IMG/VR virus record: IMGVR_UViG_3300009187_000021
Coordinates: 24,947-88,946 of that record
Reading direction: 5' to 3' (one strand)
Source of the DNA: a virus
DNA length: 64,000 bases
Both the position numbers and the translations under genes were made by a program. The notes under the pieces are model-generated. The model was not told the DNA's origin. It worked only from the letters and a program-made list of their open reading frames with translations, and did not search any database. Of this stretch, positions 1-9,841 are shown in pieces (position 1 is the stretch's first letter; every line of letters starts with the position of its first letter).

Positions 1-3000
1 TCAACGCCATACCGACGTTAGCAGTATCATATCTGTTATTTGCGTAGTCGTAACCAACATCGATTACTGCCTTCCACTGTGCCTGACGAGTCCAGTAATT
101 TAAATCTTGATTGTATGTTTCAGTAACAGTTAACTTCTGACCATTTTTATTCACCATCGTTGGATATGGTGACTTAAAGTCTATGAAATCACTAGTGCCA
201 GCATATGTTGCACCGATTGGAGCATCTGGCATTTTCAAAGTCAGAACATAATCTGTGCCAAAACCTTGAGTATAAACTGTGGCACTATTTTGTGATGGCC
301 AAGATAGTTGATCACCATATGTGCCAGAATATGTTACGCCATATTGATCTGGTTTTAATAGAAGATTCTTCTTAGCGCCCAATCTACCATAATAAGCGCC
401 ACCGGAACCTACTCGTCCATCATATGCACCAGTGCCACCATATGCAACTCTTATACCTTTGGTTAATCCAGCAAGTTCTGTGATATTTGTGTTAACACCT
501 GCACCTGCAACACCAAGTGCATCAAGGAGATCGGCAGTATTTGTTACACCTGTGCCACCTCTATTGATTGGAATTACTGAAACATCAATTTGTGGATTAC
601 CATTTGCACCAGTTCCATTTGTTACAAATAAACCCGCTTGTGCATTTGCGGTAATTGTTCGTTGGACAACACTACCATCTTGAGTTTTAGTTAAAAGACC
701 AGCTGTGTTACTGAGATTGCTTATGGAAACACTATCGCGGCTGATTACTCTTTCCCACAATAATGGATCTGTATCAACAACAATTGGATCAAGAGTTTTT
801 AATATCCACACGGACTCTTGATATTGAATACCATCGGAGACTGCAACCATCGTACCACCAACTGTGTTAGAGTCGATGTTCATATCAGTTGATCTGATAT
901 AATTTTGTCCCTCACCTTGGAACACATAGATACCGTTGTTTATCGGACTATCTTGACCTGTGAATAGAACACGATCATATAGTTGTAGAACAACACCATC
1001 ATATACACTCAAATTCGATCCGTTATTTGCAACAGCAGATACAGAAGTGTTTGATGTTACAACCGATCTGACTGGTTGAAGAACTGCACCGAAAGGAACT
1101 TTGTCTGAGGTTGCAACAGCTCTTCTATCATTATCTTCAACAGTAATATAAAGTTGACCGCCATCAAACTCAAGATCACCATTTAGAGGATCAGTCTTTA
1201 GTGTACCTGCTGTAAACTTGAATGGAGAATCTGTCGTACTACCACGCCCAGGTCTAATCGTAGTATTGTTTGCCATGGATATATCACCATTGACAGTCAA
1301 TCTAGATCCTACATTAGCTTGTCCAGCAACAAATAATGTATTCGCAGAAATTCTATTTCTAGATGCAATACCACCATAGACAATTAGTGCGCCTGTTGTA
1401 ATTCCTTCAGATGTAGTATTATTTGTAATCTGAACAGGAATAAATGTCGATGCACCTTGTTCAGTGACCGATTGTAATGTGGGCGTTATGTTTGCCGTAG
1501 CGAATGCTGCATCAAGTCTTGTAGCAATATTAGTACCATCACTCAGCGTAATCGATCTCGCATTTACAGAGTTTGCTGATACGTTACCTGTGATGATAAC
1601 TGATTTACCAGTATTGGCACCTGAAGTGAAACGAACAATCTCACTGCTCTTGCCCATGCCGTTTGCGGAGATAACAACATCATTGTGATAAGATCCAATG
1701 ATTGTGTTACCACCACGAGTTGTGGTATTGCCGTGTGTGAATAAGTATCCGTCATTCTTTTGAATGATATCAAACTCTTCACCAACATAGTTGTAGTTGC
1801 TACTTGCAAGGCCTAAGTCTAGATATCCATCTGTTGGTGAACCATTGTCAGCAGTAATGAACACATCAAACGATGCATTAGCGCCAGAGTTAATATTTTG
1901 CATATTAAGTCCAGCATAACCATTATAGTTTGCAGACAACTGCTGAACCATCTGTGGTTCTACAAGATATCCTACTGGAATACCAGCATACAGTGCATTG
2001 AATCCGTTAGCAGTATAACCAAAGAATTGACCAGCGTTACCAGAAACAGTAACAGATGTTACGTTGCCGATGAAGTTGACGTTACCTAAAACACTCAGAT
2101 CATTTTGGATGATTACGTTGCCAGAAATTGTGCCGCCAGATAAAGATAACTTCGTATTCGCAGCATTAAACGCAGCTTGTGCCAGTACAGATCCTGAATT
2201 AGCCTGACCTGATCCAGAGTTAGCAACAGCAAAGGCTAGATTGGCAAGATTGTTTGCAGTAACTGCCTGTGCATATGCTAAATTTGCGATTGCATTTGCA
2301 GTATTAGCCTGTGCATATGCTGCATTTGCTGTAGTTGTATCAATGTTTGCAGTGCTTACATTTGAAATTCTACCATCAGTGCCAATCGTAATGATAGGAA
2401 TCTGATTGTTTGCACCATATGTTCCTGCATTAGATAGAATTCTTGACAACGAAAGATTTATTGTCTTTGTCGTTGTATTTGAAACAATTATAATACCATT
2501 TGCTACGTTAGCATTAATGTGTACCGTATCTGCATTCGAGGTTGCAGTAATCGCATTACCGTTTGCAACAATTCTATAGAATGCAAGTGATGCTTTCGAG
2601 TTTGCAATTTGTCTTGCAACTCTATCAATTGCACTTGGTGGTGCGGTACTGACAAGAAGATAAACGGTCTGACTCTTGTATTGTGGAACTGAATCCGAAA
2701 CTGTAATAACGTATGGTGAATTAACAGCAGTAACTGAAGATACACCACTAATCGTACCAGTAATCGTATCAAATATTAATCCTGTTGGCAGAGTACTTGG
2801 AGAAATTGCGTACTTGTATGTTCCAGTACCACCTGAACCAGCGACAGGTGTAACACTGGTGATATCTCCTTGATAAATGTCTACGTTTGAAACTTGCAGC
2901 ACTGCCTCTAGAGGAATAGGCATAGTTTCGGCAACAGTCATAAAGAATGTTGCTTGTGCAGTCTGATTTGCACTATCAGATATATTGACAGTATATAAAG

Positions 3001-6000
3001 TATTCGCTGTTGTGTAATCTGATTTTCCTGTAATTTCACCAGTTGAAGTGTTTAATTTCAGAATATCAGGTAAAGCAGGAGATATACTATATGTTAATGG
3101 ATCAAAACCACCAGTAGCTACAATCGGAGTAAATTCATCAACAAGTTTATATTTAACTACAGTCTTAGTTGGAGTGTTTACAGTTGCAGACAATAATGGA
3201 GCAGAAGCTGTAAGAAAGAATGTACTACTCGTACTATTATTTAAAATGTCTGTTGCTGTGATTGTGTAAGATGTATTTGTGCTGAGTGAGGTTGTCAGAC
3301 CAGTAATTGCACCGGTTGTTGCACTTAATTTTAATCCAGTTGGCAAACTTGGACCAATAGAATATCTTAGTGGTTGATATCCACCAGTTGCAACAACTGG
3401 AATAACTGATGTTAATGCTAGTGATGTTGTAACATTGACCGAAGGAACAACTGTATTTGCAACCAATGCTGGTGGAACTGTAACACCCATAATAAATGTA
3501 TTGGTGTTTACTTTTCCTTCAGAGTCAGTAATAGTAATTGTGTATGTTGTATTTCCAACTATACTTGCTGAGTTACCAGTAATAAGACCACTGTTACTAT
3601 TGATCTCAACATACTCTGGCAAAGTAGGCGAAACAGAATATGTGTATGGTGTAAATCCACCTTTGGCTTCTACTGGTGTAAATGGTGTTAATACCAAATA
3701 TCGGTACAACTGAGTGTTGCCGGTCGTTGTTCTGTTTGCCAATAATGGTTGATTGATCGACGTTAGATAGAATGAACTATTACTGTTTTGACTTATAGCA
3801 TCAGTAGCAGTAACAACATACAAAGCGTTCGCGGATTTCTCAGACGATAGACCAGATATTACACCATTGTTTTTATCGAATATTAAACCAGTAGGTAATG
3901 TTGGTGTTATTGAGAATGTAAGTGTTCCAAATCCACCAGTTGCTGTGACTGGAGTGAACGGTGTATCATCTACTAACTTGATGACAGTCTTGACTGGAAT
4001 TACAGTAGTTGTCGCCAATACAGGAGGAACTTCAACCGTCAATACAAATGATTTAGATCCAGATTTGCCAGATGAATCTGTTACTGTTATAGTATGAGTA
4101 GTTGGACCAACAGAAAATGTTGCAGTTCCAGTAATTTTACCAGTCGTTGCAGATAGTGACAGTCCTGCTGTTAGTGCAGGAGAAACTGAGAATGTATATA
4201 CTCCAGATCCACCTGTCGCAGTGACAGGAGCAAACTCTGTTGTTGCAACGCCTCTAAATATTGATTGTGTTGGTATTGCTTGTTTTACTACTAGAGTTGG
4301 ACTATCGATTGTGAGTGAGAATGTACTGTTACTAATTTGTTGTGCTTGATCACGAACGGTAACAATATAATTATTAGCATTTGCAAAAGATGCAGCAGTT
4401 CCAGAAATCGCACCAGTGGCAGCATTGATTGCTAATCCAGATGGTAAAGTTGGAGTAGTGCTCCAAGATAATGTGCCATAACCACCAGTTGCAGTAACTG
4501 GAGAAAATGCAGTTGCCGGTTCGCCTGCCACAACATTCTGCGAAGGAATTACTGTGGTTGTAACAAGTGGAGTTGGTGCATTAACGGTTAGATAGAATGT
4601 CTTATTAACACTGGTTGGTGTTTGATCTGTTGCCGTAATTACATATGTTGTATTCGAATGTACTGCATTGGCTGTACCATCAATCTCACCAGTTGTTGTT
4701 GAGAAAGTTAATAGTGGATGTAATGCAGGCGAAATAGAATATGTAATCGTACCTGTTCCACCCGTTGCCGTCACTGGAATGAAAGCATTTACTTCCACAT
4801 TTGAAGTAATAATTTTTGATGGAATTTCTAGAGTAGAAGATAGTGCTGTTGCCGCAACAGAAAGTGAAAATGTTTTACTACTAGTTTGTGATGCTTGATC
4901 CGTGACTGTAACAGTATATGTTGTTACAGAACTGGTTGCAGTTGGAGTTCCAGATATTGCACCATTCGTTGTAGAGAATGTCAGTCCTGTAGGCAGTGCT
5001 GGTGAAATAGCATATGCTAGTGTTCCAAATCCACCGGATGCGGTGACTGGTGTAAACGTTGGTGCTAAAATATTCTTAGTTAATGTAGTAGTTGGAACTA
5101 CTTGTGTTGTTGTTAATGCAAGTAGTGCATCAACTACAAGCGTGAAGGTAGCAGTCGCTGTTAATGGTACTGCACCCGCATCTTTAATTGTAACCGTATA
5201 CAGTGTTGAAGAACTTGGTACAGTTGCAGTACCAGTAATTGCACCAAGTGAAGAGAAAGTTAATCCAGCAGGCAGTGCTGGTAAAACTGTAAATGTTAAT
5301 ACTCCTGTACCGCCTGTTGCGGTCACTGGAGTGAACGATGTTGTTGCAATGTTCTGTTGTAACGTCTTAGTTGGAATAACAGTCTTTGCAATCAAAGGAA
5401 TGGATTCAACTGATAGTGAGAATGTTTCAGATTTAGATTGAGGAGGAGATCCAGAATCTGTAACTGTTACTGTGTATGTCGTTGCAGGCGATGCGGTAGC
5501 ACTAGTACCTGTGATTTCACCAGTAGATGTGTTGAGTGTGAATCCAGTAGGCAACGGTGGAGCGATTGCGAATGTTATTGCACCGGATCCACCAGATGCA
5601 ACAACTGGAGTATATCCCGATTCGGCAACACCAACCGTTTCAGTCTTAGTTGGAACTGATTGAGTTAATGCTAAAATAGATGCAGTTGCTGTACTTAAAC
5701 TAAATGAAATTGATCCAGATAAACCAGAAGAATCTGTTACTGTGACTTTATAAGAAGTTAGAGGTGTTGCTGCTGACGCTGCACCTGTGATCGACAATTT
5801 AATACTATTATAAAGTGATCCATTAACTGTGATTGTCGAGAATACTTTATTTAAAGTTAGTCCAGCAGGCAGTGCAGGAGAAATGCTATAGTTTAATCCA
5901 ACAAATGTACCAGATGTGCTATACGAAGTTGCAATTGCGCCACCGCCATAGACTGTTCCAATATCAAAGTCAACAGTTTGTGATAAATTTAAATTCTTAG

Positions 6001-6205
6001 TTGTTATTAATGCAGAAGAAACTAATGGAGGAACAGAAGTTGGAACAACTGGATTTGTTCCAGTATACTTACTCCATAATTTGATAACAGCAGGTTTTGT
6101 TAAAACAACCGGAGCACCATTGACTACAAAGTAATCACCAATAGAATATTGAGGTAGATTCGTTGAAGGTTGTGTTGCTGGATACGGAGAATAAAAAATT
6201 GCCAT
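1..6205 (-). CDS. Giant tail-fibre/adhesin protein (>2060 aa, 3'-truncated by the window) with about 12 putative-Ig (He_PIG-like) repeats
   Basis: ATG at 6205 (MAIFYSPYPATQ...). The same frame reads as protein at the window start (...DVGYDYANNRYDTANVGMAL); frame spot-checked, not every codon translated. About 12 repeats of type FTPVTATGG...ISPALPxGL...GxIxG at about 275-bp spacing (about 2700-5990), then ANAAYAQAN coiled-coil repeats and fibre-like domains. Its absence from the ORF track fits an ORF with no stop inside the window. Confidence 0.85.
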   Translation of the reverse strand, partial: MAIFYSPYPATQPSTNLPQYSIGDYFVVNGAPVVLTKPAVIKLWSKYTGTNPVVPTSVPPLVSSALITTKNLNLSQTVDFDIGTVYGGGAIATSYSTSGTFVGLNYSISPALPAGLTLNKVFSTITVNGSLYNSIKLSITGAASAATPLTSYKVTVTDSSGLSGSISFSLSTATASILALTQSVPTKTETVGVAESGYTPVVASGGSGAITFAIAPPLPTGFTLNTSTGEITGTSATASPATTYTVTVTDSGSPPQSKSETFSLSVESIPLIAKTVIPTKTLQQNIATTSFTPVTATGGTGVLTFTVLPALPAGLTFSSLGAITGTATVPSSSTLYTVTIKDAGAVPLTATATFTLVVDALLALTTTQVVPTTTLTKNILAPTFTPVTASGGFGTLAYAISPALPTGLTFSTTNGAISGTPTATSSVTTYTVTVTDQASQTSSKTFSLSVAATALSSTLEIPSKIITSNVEVNAFIPVTATGGTGTITYSISPALHPLLTFSTTTGEIDGTANAVHSNTTYVITATDQTPTSVNKTFYLTVNAPTPLVTTTVIPSQNVVAGEPATAFSPVTATGGYGTLSWSTTPTLPSGLAINAATGAISGTAASFANANNYIVTVRDQAQQISNSTFSLTIDSPTLVVKQAIPTQSIFRGVATTEFAPVTATGGSGVYTFSVSPALTAGLSLSATTGKITGTATFSVGPTTHTITVTDSSGKSGSKSFVLTVEVPPVLATTTVIPVKTVIKLVDDTPFTPVTATGGFGTLTFSITPTLPTGLIFDKNNGVISGLSSEKSANALYVVTATDAISQNSNSSFYLTSINQPLLANRTTTGNTQLYRYLVLTPFTPVEAKGGFTPYTYSVSPTLPEYVEINSNSGLITGNSASIVGNTTYTITITDSEGKVNTNTFIMGVTVPPALVANTVVPSVNVTTSLALTSVIPVVATGGYQPLRYSIGPSLPTGLKLSATTGAITGLTTSLSTNTSYTITATDILNNSTSSTFFLTASAPLLSATVNTPTKTVVKYKLVDEFTPIVATGGFDPLTYSISPALPDILKLNTSTGEITGKSDYTTANTLYTVNISDSANQTAQATFFMTVAETMPIPLEAVLQVSNVDIYQGDITSVTPVAGSGGTGTYKYAISPSTLPTGLIFDTITGTISGVSSVTAVNSPYVITVSDSVPQYKSQTVYLLVSTAPPSAIDRVARQIANSKASLAFYRIVANGNAITATSNADTVHINANVANGIIIVSNTTTKTINLSLSRILSNAGTYGANNQIPIITIGTDGRISNVSTANIDTTTANAAYAQANTANAIANLAYAQAVTANNLANLAFAVANSGSGQANSGSVLAQAAFNAANTKLSLSGGTISGNVIIQNDLSVLGNVNFIGNVTSVTVSGNAGQFFGYTANGFNALYAGIPVGYLVEPQMVQQLSANYNGYAGLNMQNINSGANASFDVFITADNGSPTDGYLDLGLASSNYNYVGEEFDIIQKNDGYLFTHGNTTTRGGNTIIGSYHNDVVISANGMGKSSEIVRFTSGANTGKSVIITGNVSANSVNARSITLSDGTNIATRLDAAFATANITPTLQSVTEQGASTFIPVQITNNTTSEGITTGALIVYGGIASRNRISANTLFVAGQANVGSRLTVNGDISMANNTTIRPGRGSTTDSPFKFTAGTLKTDPLNGDLEFDGGQLYITVEDNDRRAVATSDKVPFGAVLQPVRSVVTSNTSVSAVANNGSNLSVYDGVVLQLYDRVLFTGQDSPINNGIYVFQGEGQNYIRSTDMNIDSNTVGGTMVAVSDGIQYQESVWILKTLDPIVVDTDPLLWERVISRDSVSISNLSNTAGLLTKTQDGSVVQRTITANAQAGLFVTNGTGANGNPQIDVSVIPINRGGTGVTNTADLLDALGVAGAGVNTNITELAGLTKGIRVAYGGTGAYDGRVGSGGAYYGRLGAKKNLLLKPDQYGVTYSGTYGDQLSWPSQNSATVYTQGFGTDYVLTLKMPDAPIGATYAGTSDFIDFKSPYPTMVNKNGQKLTVTETYNQDLNYWTRQAQWKAVIDVGYDYANNRYDTANVGMAL
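2700..5990 (-). repeat. About 12 tandem degenerate putative-Ig domain repeats (about 90 aa each)
   Basis: Recurring (S/T)P(A/T)LPxGL motif near 5876, 5550, 5270, 4985, 4715, 4435, 4160, 3885, 3615, 3335, 3060 and 2780. Confidence 0.85.
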
Positions 6206-6214
6206 ATTTTTCTA

Positions 6215-7138
6215 TTAAAACCTAACTGTTAAGTCTTTGAAATCATTATATGTAGTGAAGTCAGTATAGATGTAGATGCTATCTGTTGTGTCATCATAAT
6301 AGAAGTCACCAGGTATCAAAGTATTTATATCTAGATTTGCAGCCCAGTCAACGTTCGTTATGAATCTCGCCGCACGATTACTTTGTGCCCATGTGTTGCT
6401 GCCAAAAAATATTGAGCCACCAATATTAATTGATACATTAGCGAAAGCAACATTACCTGAAATGATATTATTTGCAAAAGCGAATGCTGCATCTGCATTA
6501 ATTGTTGCAATATTTGCCTGACGGTATGCAGCATTCGCAACAATGAATGCTATGTTTGCATTTGCAGTAGCACTATTAGCCTGACGGTATGCAGCATTAG
6601 CAATCGTTAACGCATTATTTGCATCGGTGGTTGCAATATTTGCTTGTGCGTATGCCGCATTCGCAACAGTAAATGCAATGTTTGCGTTTGCCGTCGCACT
6701 ATTCGCCTGTAGATATGCAGAGTTGGCTATTGTGAGTGCGTTGTTTGCATCTCTTGTTGCAGTATTTGCCTGAGTATACCCACTATTTGCAATTGTCAGA
6801 GCATTGTTTGCATCTCTTGTTGCAGTATTCGCCTGTTCATAAGACGCATTAGCAATTGTTCCAGCATTATTTGCATCTTTTGTTGCAGTATTCGCCTGAT
6901 TATACGCAGAATTGGCAATTACAATTACGCTATTTACAACACCAAATACAGTATTGATTGTTTCTAATACTGATTTACCACCAATTTCAATAATAAAAGA
7001 TCCATTAGTGGTAGTGTTCGAACCGATGTAAAGAGTATTCGATACGAACGAGTATGCTAACTGACCATCTAGAAGATTATTTGGTGTCGTATTGGCATAC
7101 GATCTTAATATTTGAACTGATGAGTTATTTGCTGCCAT
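6215..7138 (-). CDS. Fibre-like virion protein: Mtd-N-like N-terminal domain plus 21-aa Ala-Asn coiled-coil repeats
   Basis: N-terminus QILRS...LLDGQLAYSFVSNTLYIG resembles the major-tropism-determinant N-terminal domain; seven 21-aa repeats of type ANxAYxQANxATxxANxAxxI. Confidence 0.7.
   Translation of the reverse strand: MAANNSSVQILRSYANTTPNNLLDGQLAYSFVSNTLYIGSNTTTNGSFIIEIGGKSVLETINTVFGVVNSVIVIANSAYNQANTATKDANNAGTIANASYEQANTATRDANNALTIANSGYTQANTATRDANNALTIANSAYLQANSATANANIAFTVANAAYAQANIATTDANNALTIANAAYRQANSATANANIAFIVANAAYRQANIATINADAAFAFANNIISGNVAFANVSINIGGSIFFGSNTWAQSNRAARFITNVDWAANLDINTLIPGDFYYDDTTDSIYIYTDFTTYNDFKDLTVRF
6480..6915 (-). repeat. Seven degenerate 63-bp (21-aa) tandem repeats
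   Basis: ANSAYNQANTATKDANNAGTI / ANASYEQANTATRDANNALTI / ANSGYTQANTATRDANNALTI and so on. Confidence 0.85.
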
Positions 7139-7356
7139 TAAAAATATCCATCATCGATTACGTATGGACTAAAAACAAAAGTATTAGTATTCGCTTGATA
7201 TACTAGAACATAACCATCTTGAATGCCAGTAATACTAACATCAGATAGATTTTTTAGTTGCGATACACCACCACCACCGGCAGTACCGATTGTAACTCTA
7301 GCAGTCTCTGGTCTTTGTGATCTAACAGAAATTGTACCGATCGTTTGAGTTGCCAT
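7138..7356 (-). CDS. Small virion-associated hypothetical protein
   Basis: LxxLSDV...DGYVLVY...IDDGYF motif typical of fibre-associated proteins; stop overlaps the next start. Confidence 0.7.
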   Translation of the reverse strand: MATQTIGTISVRSQRPETARVTIGTAGGGGVSQLKNLSDVSITGIQDGYVLVYQANTNTFVFSPYVIDDGYF

Positions 7357-7362
7357 CTTTGT

Positions 7363-7698
7363 TTACCTAGTTACGTTAGGAGAAACTTCAGCAATACCCT
7401 CAAGAATTCTACTCTTATTTCCAGTGCCATCATTGATTAAAAGATCATAAACATACCGACCGGGTGCAATATTAGATGTGGTATTAGCATCTAAAGTTAA
7501 TGTTATTGATCCAGTGGAAGTATTTATTGCAGTCGTAAAAGTTGCAGTCGTGTTTGCAGAGTAGTAAGATTTTCTAATCTGACTAGACGCAGAAAAATTC
7601 ATTAGATTATATGATGCACCATAAGTGTCATCTAATGTCACACTTGTTGAGAAAGAAGAACCTTTCTCAATATACAGGTAATAATAAGAAGCACCCAT
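7363..7698 (-). CDS. Conserved virion protein (BppU-like beta-sandwich)
   Basis: IEKGSSF...GRYVYDL...RILEGIAEVSPNVTR pattern common in T4-like fibre clusters; late promoter upstream. Confidence 0.7.
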   Translation of the reverse strand: MGASYYYLYIEKGSSFSTSVTLDDTYGASYNLMNFSASSQIRKSYYSANTTATFTTAINTSTGSITLTLDANTTSNIAPGRYVYDLLINDGTGNKSRILEGIAEVSPNVTR

Positions 7699-7722
7699 TC
7701 GAATCCCCTCTTCTTTAAATGA

Positions 7723-7730
7723 TATTTATG
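7723..7730 (-). promoter_or_regulatory. T4-type late promoter (CATAAATA)
   Basis: One mismatch to TATAAATA; intergenic, followed by a GAGGGG RBS. Confidence 0.6.
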
Positions 7731-9614
7731 TCAAGAGGGATTCTTTAATTTCTCTATTTCTTCTTTTAAAGATGTTACCTGAGAATTTAATTCTTTGATG
7801 GATTCAATCAATAATCCTACCATGTTTCCATATGCGACAGTATACATGCCACTGTGAGTTGTAGACACAGCTTCTGGTAGAACATTAATCAATTCTTGTG
7901 CAATCACACCAGTCTGAGAACCAACATCAATATCAGTTCTTTCAAAAGTATATCCAGATATCTTATTCACTTTTTCTAGAGCATTTTCAATAACTTTGAT
8001 ATTTTTTTTCAGTCTCGCGTCAGAGTATGCAGTTACGTTGCCGCCGCAAGTTAAGTCTGTTCCATTATAAGTTAGTCCAGAACCAGTTGCTAGTGCTGAT
8101 CCAGAAGATGCATACACAACACCACCAGAAGTAAATGAACTTAGTCCAGTACCACCTTGGTTTGTCGGTACTGTTCCAGAAGATGTTAACTTCTTGTTTC
8201 CATCCGTGAATACTGGTTTGGTTGCAGTGAGTGTTGCAGCAGTAATATCACCGGTGATTACTGCCTCAGATCCAACATATAGTTTTTTAATAATGCCAAC
8301 GCCACCACCAACAACTAATGCACCAGTGCTAGTTGAAGATGAATCTGTTGCAGAGAAAATTGTTGCATTAGCACCAACGTTTATAAAACTGTCAGTAGAG
8401 ATGCTTCCGTTTGAATATATTCTCTTAGCAACGCCAAGACCGCCTTTTACTACTACTGCACCAACAATTGGACTTGCTGCATCTGTAGTATTATTTGCAT
8501 AAATAACACCGTTTGATGAGATGCTTCCAGTAACATTCAATCTCAGTGCAACTCCAAGACCGCCCTTAGTCTGTATAGCACCAGTAGAATCACTGAAAGA
8601 TTCTGCTGCATAATTTACATAGAGTGGACCGGAAGAACTTATAGATCCATCTGAATGTATACTAGTACCTGCAATTAAATTAGCAACACCAAGACCACCA
8701 GCAACTACTGCTGCACCATTATTGTATGAAGTTGATTCTGTTGTGTCATTTACCTTGAATATGCCGCCAACATTCAACCTTTTAGTAATACCAACTCCAC
8801 CAGCAGTTACTATTGCACCCGTTGATACAGATGTTGATTCATTTGTGTTAGCAAAATATGCTGAACCAGTTACTGCTAAATTTGCACCAAGTGTTGTGTT
8901 GCCAGAAACAGTTAATCTTTGACCAATATCTACGTTTGCAGAAACTATCATCGAGTTTGAGATGTTAACTTTACCGCCAAGTTGAATCTCAGCAGTTGAT
9001 TGTACCTTCATAGTGCCACCAATATAGATATCACCACCGATACCCATACCACCAGTGACAACAAATGCACCAGAACTAATTGATGTCGAATCTCTACTGT
9101 TAGGAATTACAACTGTACCAGATGCATCAAGATAAATGTCATCACTTGTGTCGTTAGTAACTTGAATGTGTAACTTTCTTGCATCACCAGCAGTCGCATA
9201 GTACTTAATGTTTGCAGAATCGCCAGTCGTTCCGCCCAGAAATGAAATACCATTTGATCCAGATCCAAAAGTTGGCATAATCATACCGCCAACTAGAAGA
9301 TTACCAAGAATGTTTGCAGTACCATTAGCTAAGAAACTAGTTCCTGTATTCGAAAGATAAAGTTGTCTTTGTACAGTTAAATCATTCTGAACTGTTGCAG
9401 ATGATCCAGAACCGGCAACAGTTAAGACACCCTGTACGATTGCATCATTCTTGACCAGTAGACCCGTGCCAGAACTATTAATTGTGAACGTGCCAGAATC
9501 TTTGATGTAGTTGTTCGCACCAATATCATTGGTTTCTGCCAGAACTTTGTTCGTCGTGACAACCCAATCACCAAAAGTATTGGCATATCCTAATGGTACT
9601 ACTTGATTAGACAT
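7731..9614 (-). CDS. Tail fibre protein with C-terminal intramolecular chaperone (peptidase S74) domain
   Basis: Repeats of STSxSTGAxVVxGGxGI; C-terminal YSDARLKKNI...GVIAQE...YGNMVGLLIESIKEL is the S74 auto-cleaving chaperone signature. Confidence 0.85.
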   Translation of the reverse strand: MSNQVVPLGYANTFGDWVVTTNKVLAETNDIGANNYIKDSGTFTINSSGTGLLVKNDAIVQGVLTVAGSGSSATVQNDLTVQRQLYLSNTGTSFLANGTANILGNLLVGGMIMPTFGSGSNGISFLGGTTGDSANIKYYATAGDARKLHIQVTNDTSDDIYLDASGTVVIPNSRDSTSISSGAFVVTGGMGIGGDIYIGGTMKVQSTAEIQLGGKVNISNSMIVSANVDIGQRLTVSGNTTLGANLAVTGSAYFANTNESTSVSTGAIVTAGGVGITKRLNVGGIFKVNDTTESTSYNNGAAVVAGGLGVANLIAGTSIHSDGSISSSGPLYVNYAAESFSDSTGAIQTKGGLGVALRLNVTGSISSNGVIYANNTTDAASPIVGAVVVKGGLGVAKRIYSNGSISTDSFINVGANATIFSATDSSSTSTGALVVGGGVGIIKKLYVGSEAVITGDITAATLTATKPVFTDGNKKLTSSGTVPTNQGGTGLSSFTSGGVVYASSGSALATGSGLTYNGTDLTCGGNVTAYSDARLKKNIKVIENALEKVNKISGYTFERTDIDVGSQTGVIAQELINVLPEAVSTTHSGMYTVAYGNMVGLLIESIKELNSQVTSLKEEIEKLKNPS

Positions 9615-9840
9615 TTTTATCCTTGATTAATTCTGCTAGTAATTGTTTAATCTCTGACATATCACTCTTGATCGTTGAAAGTTCATCATTTAATTTATTT
9701 ATTTCTTGTTTCTGAGTCTTCAACAATCTGACCTTCAAGTAGTATTCATTTCTTTCCGTATAGTCAGTGCTTGAGAGTTGCATTGTTCTAATGTCTCTGA
9801 CAAAATTAGCACCCTCAATCTTGACTAAGTTTTCAGACAT
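9607..9840 (-). CDS. Conserved small coiled-coil hypothetical protein downstream of the DUF4815 gene
   Basis: Start re-assigned to MSENLVKIEG; VRD motif plus C-terminal coiled coil. Confidence 0.7.
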   Translation of the reverse strand: MSENLVKIEGANFVRDIRTMQLSSTDYTERNEYYLKVRLLKTQKQEINKLNDELSTIKSDMSEIKQLLAELIKDKNV

Positions 9841-9841
9841 A

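Noticed and set aside
6215-7138. Diversity-generating retroelement suggested by the Mtd-N-like domain
   Set aside because: No reverse transcriptase and no template/variable repeat pair with adenine-specific differences seen in the window.
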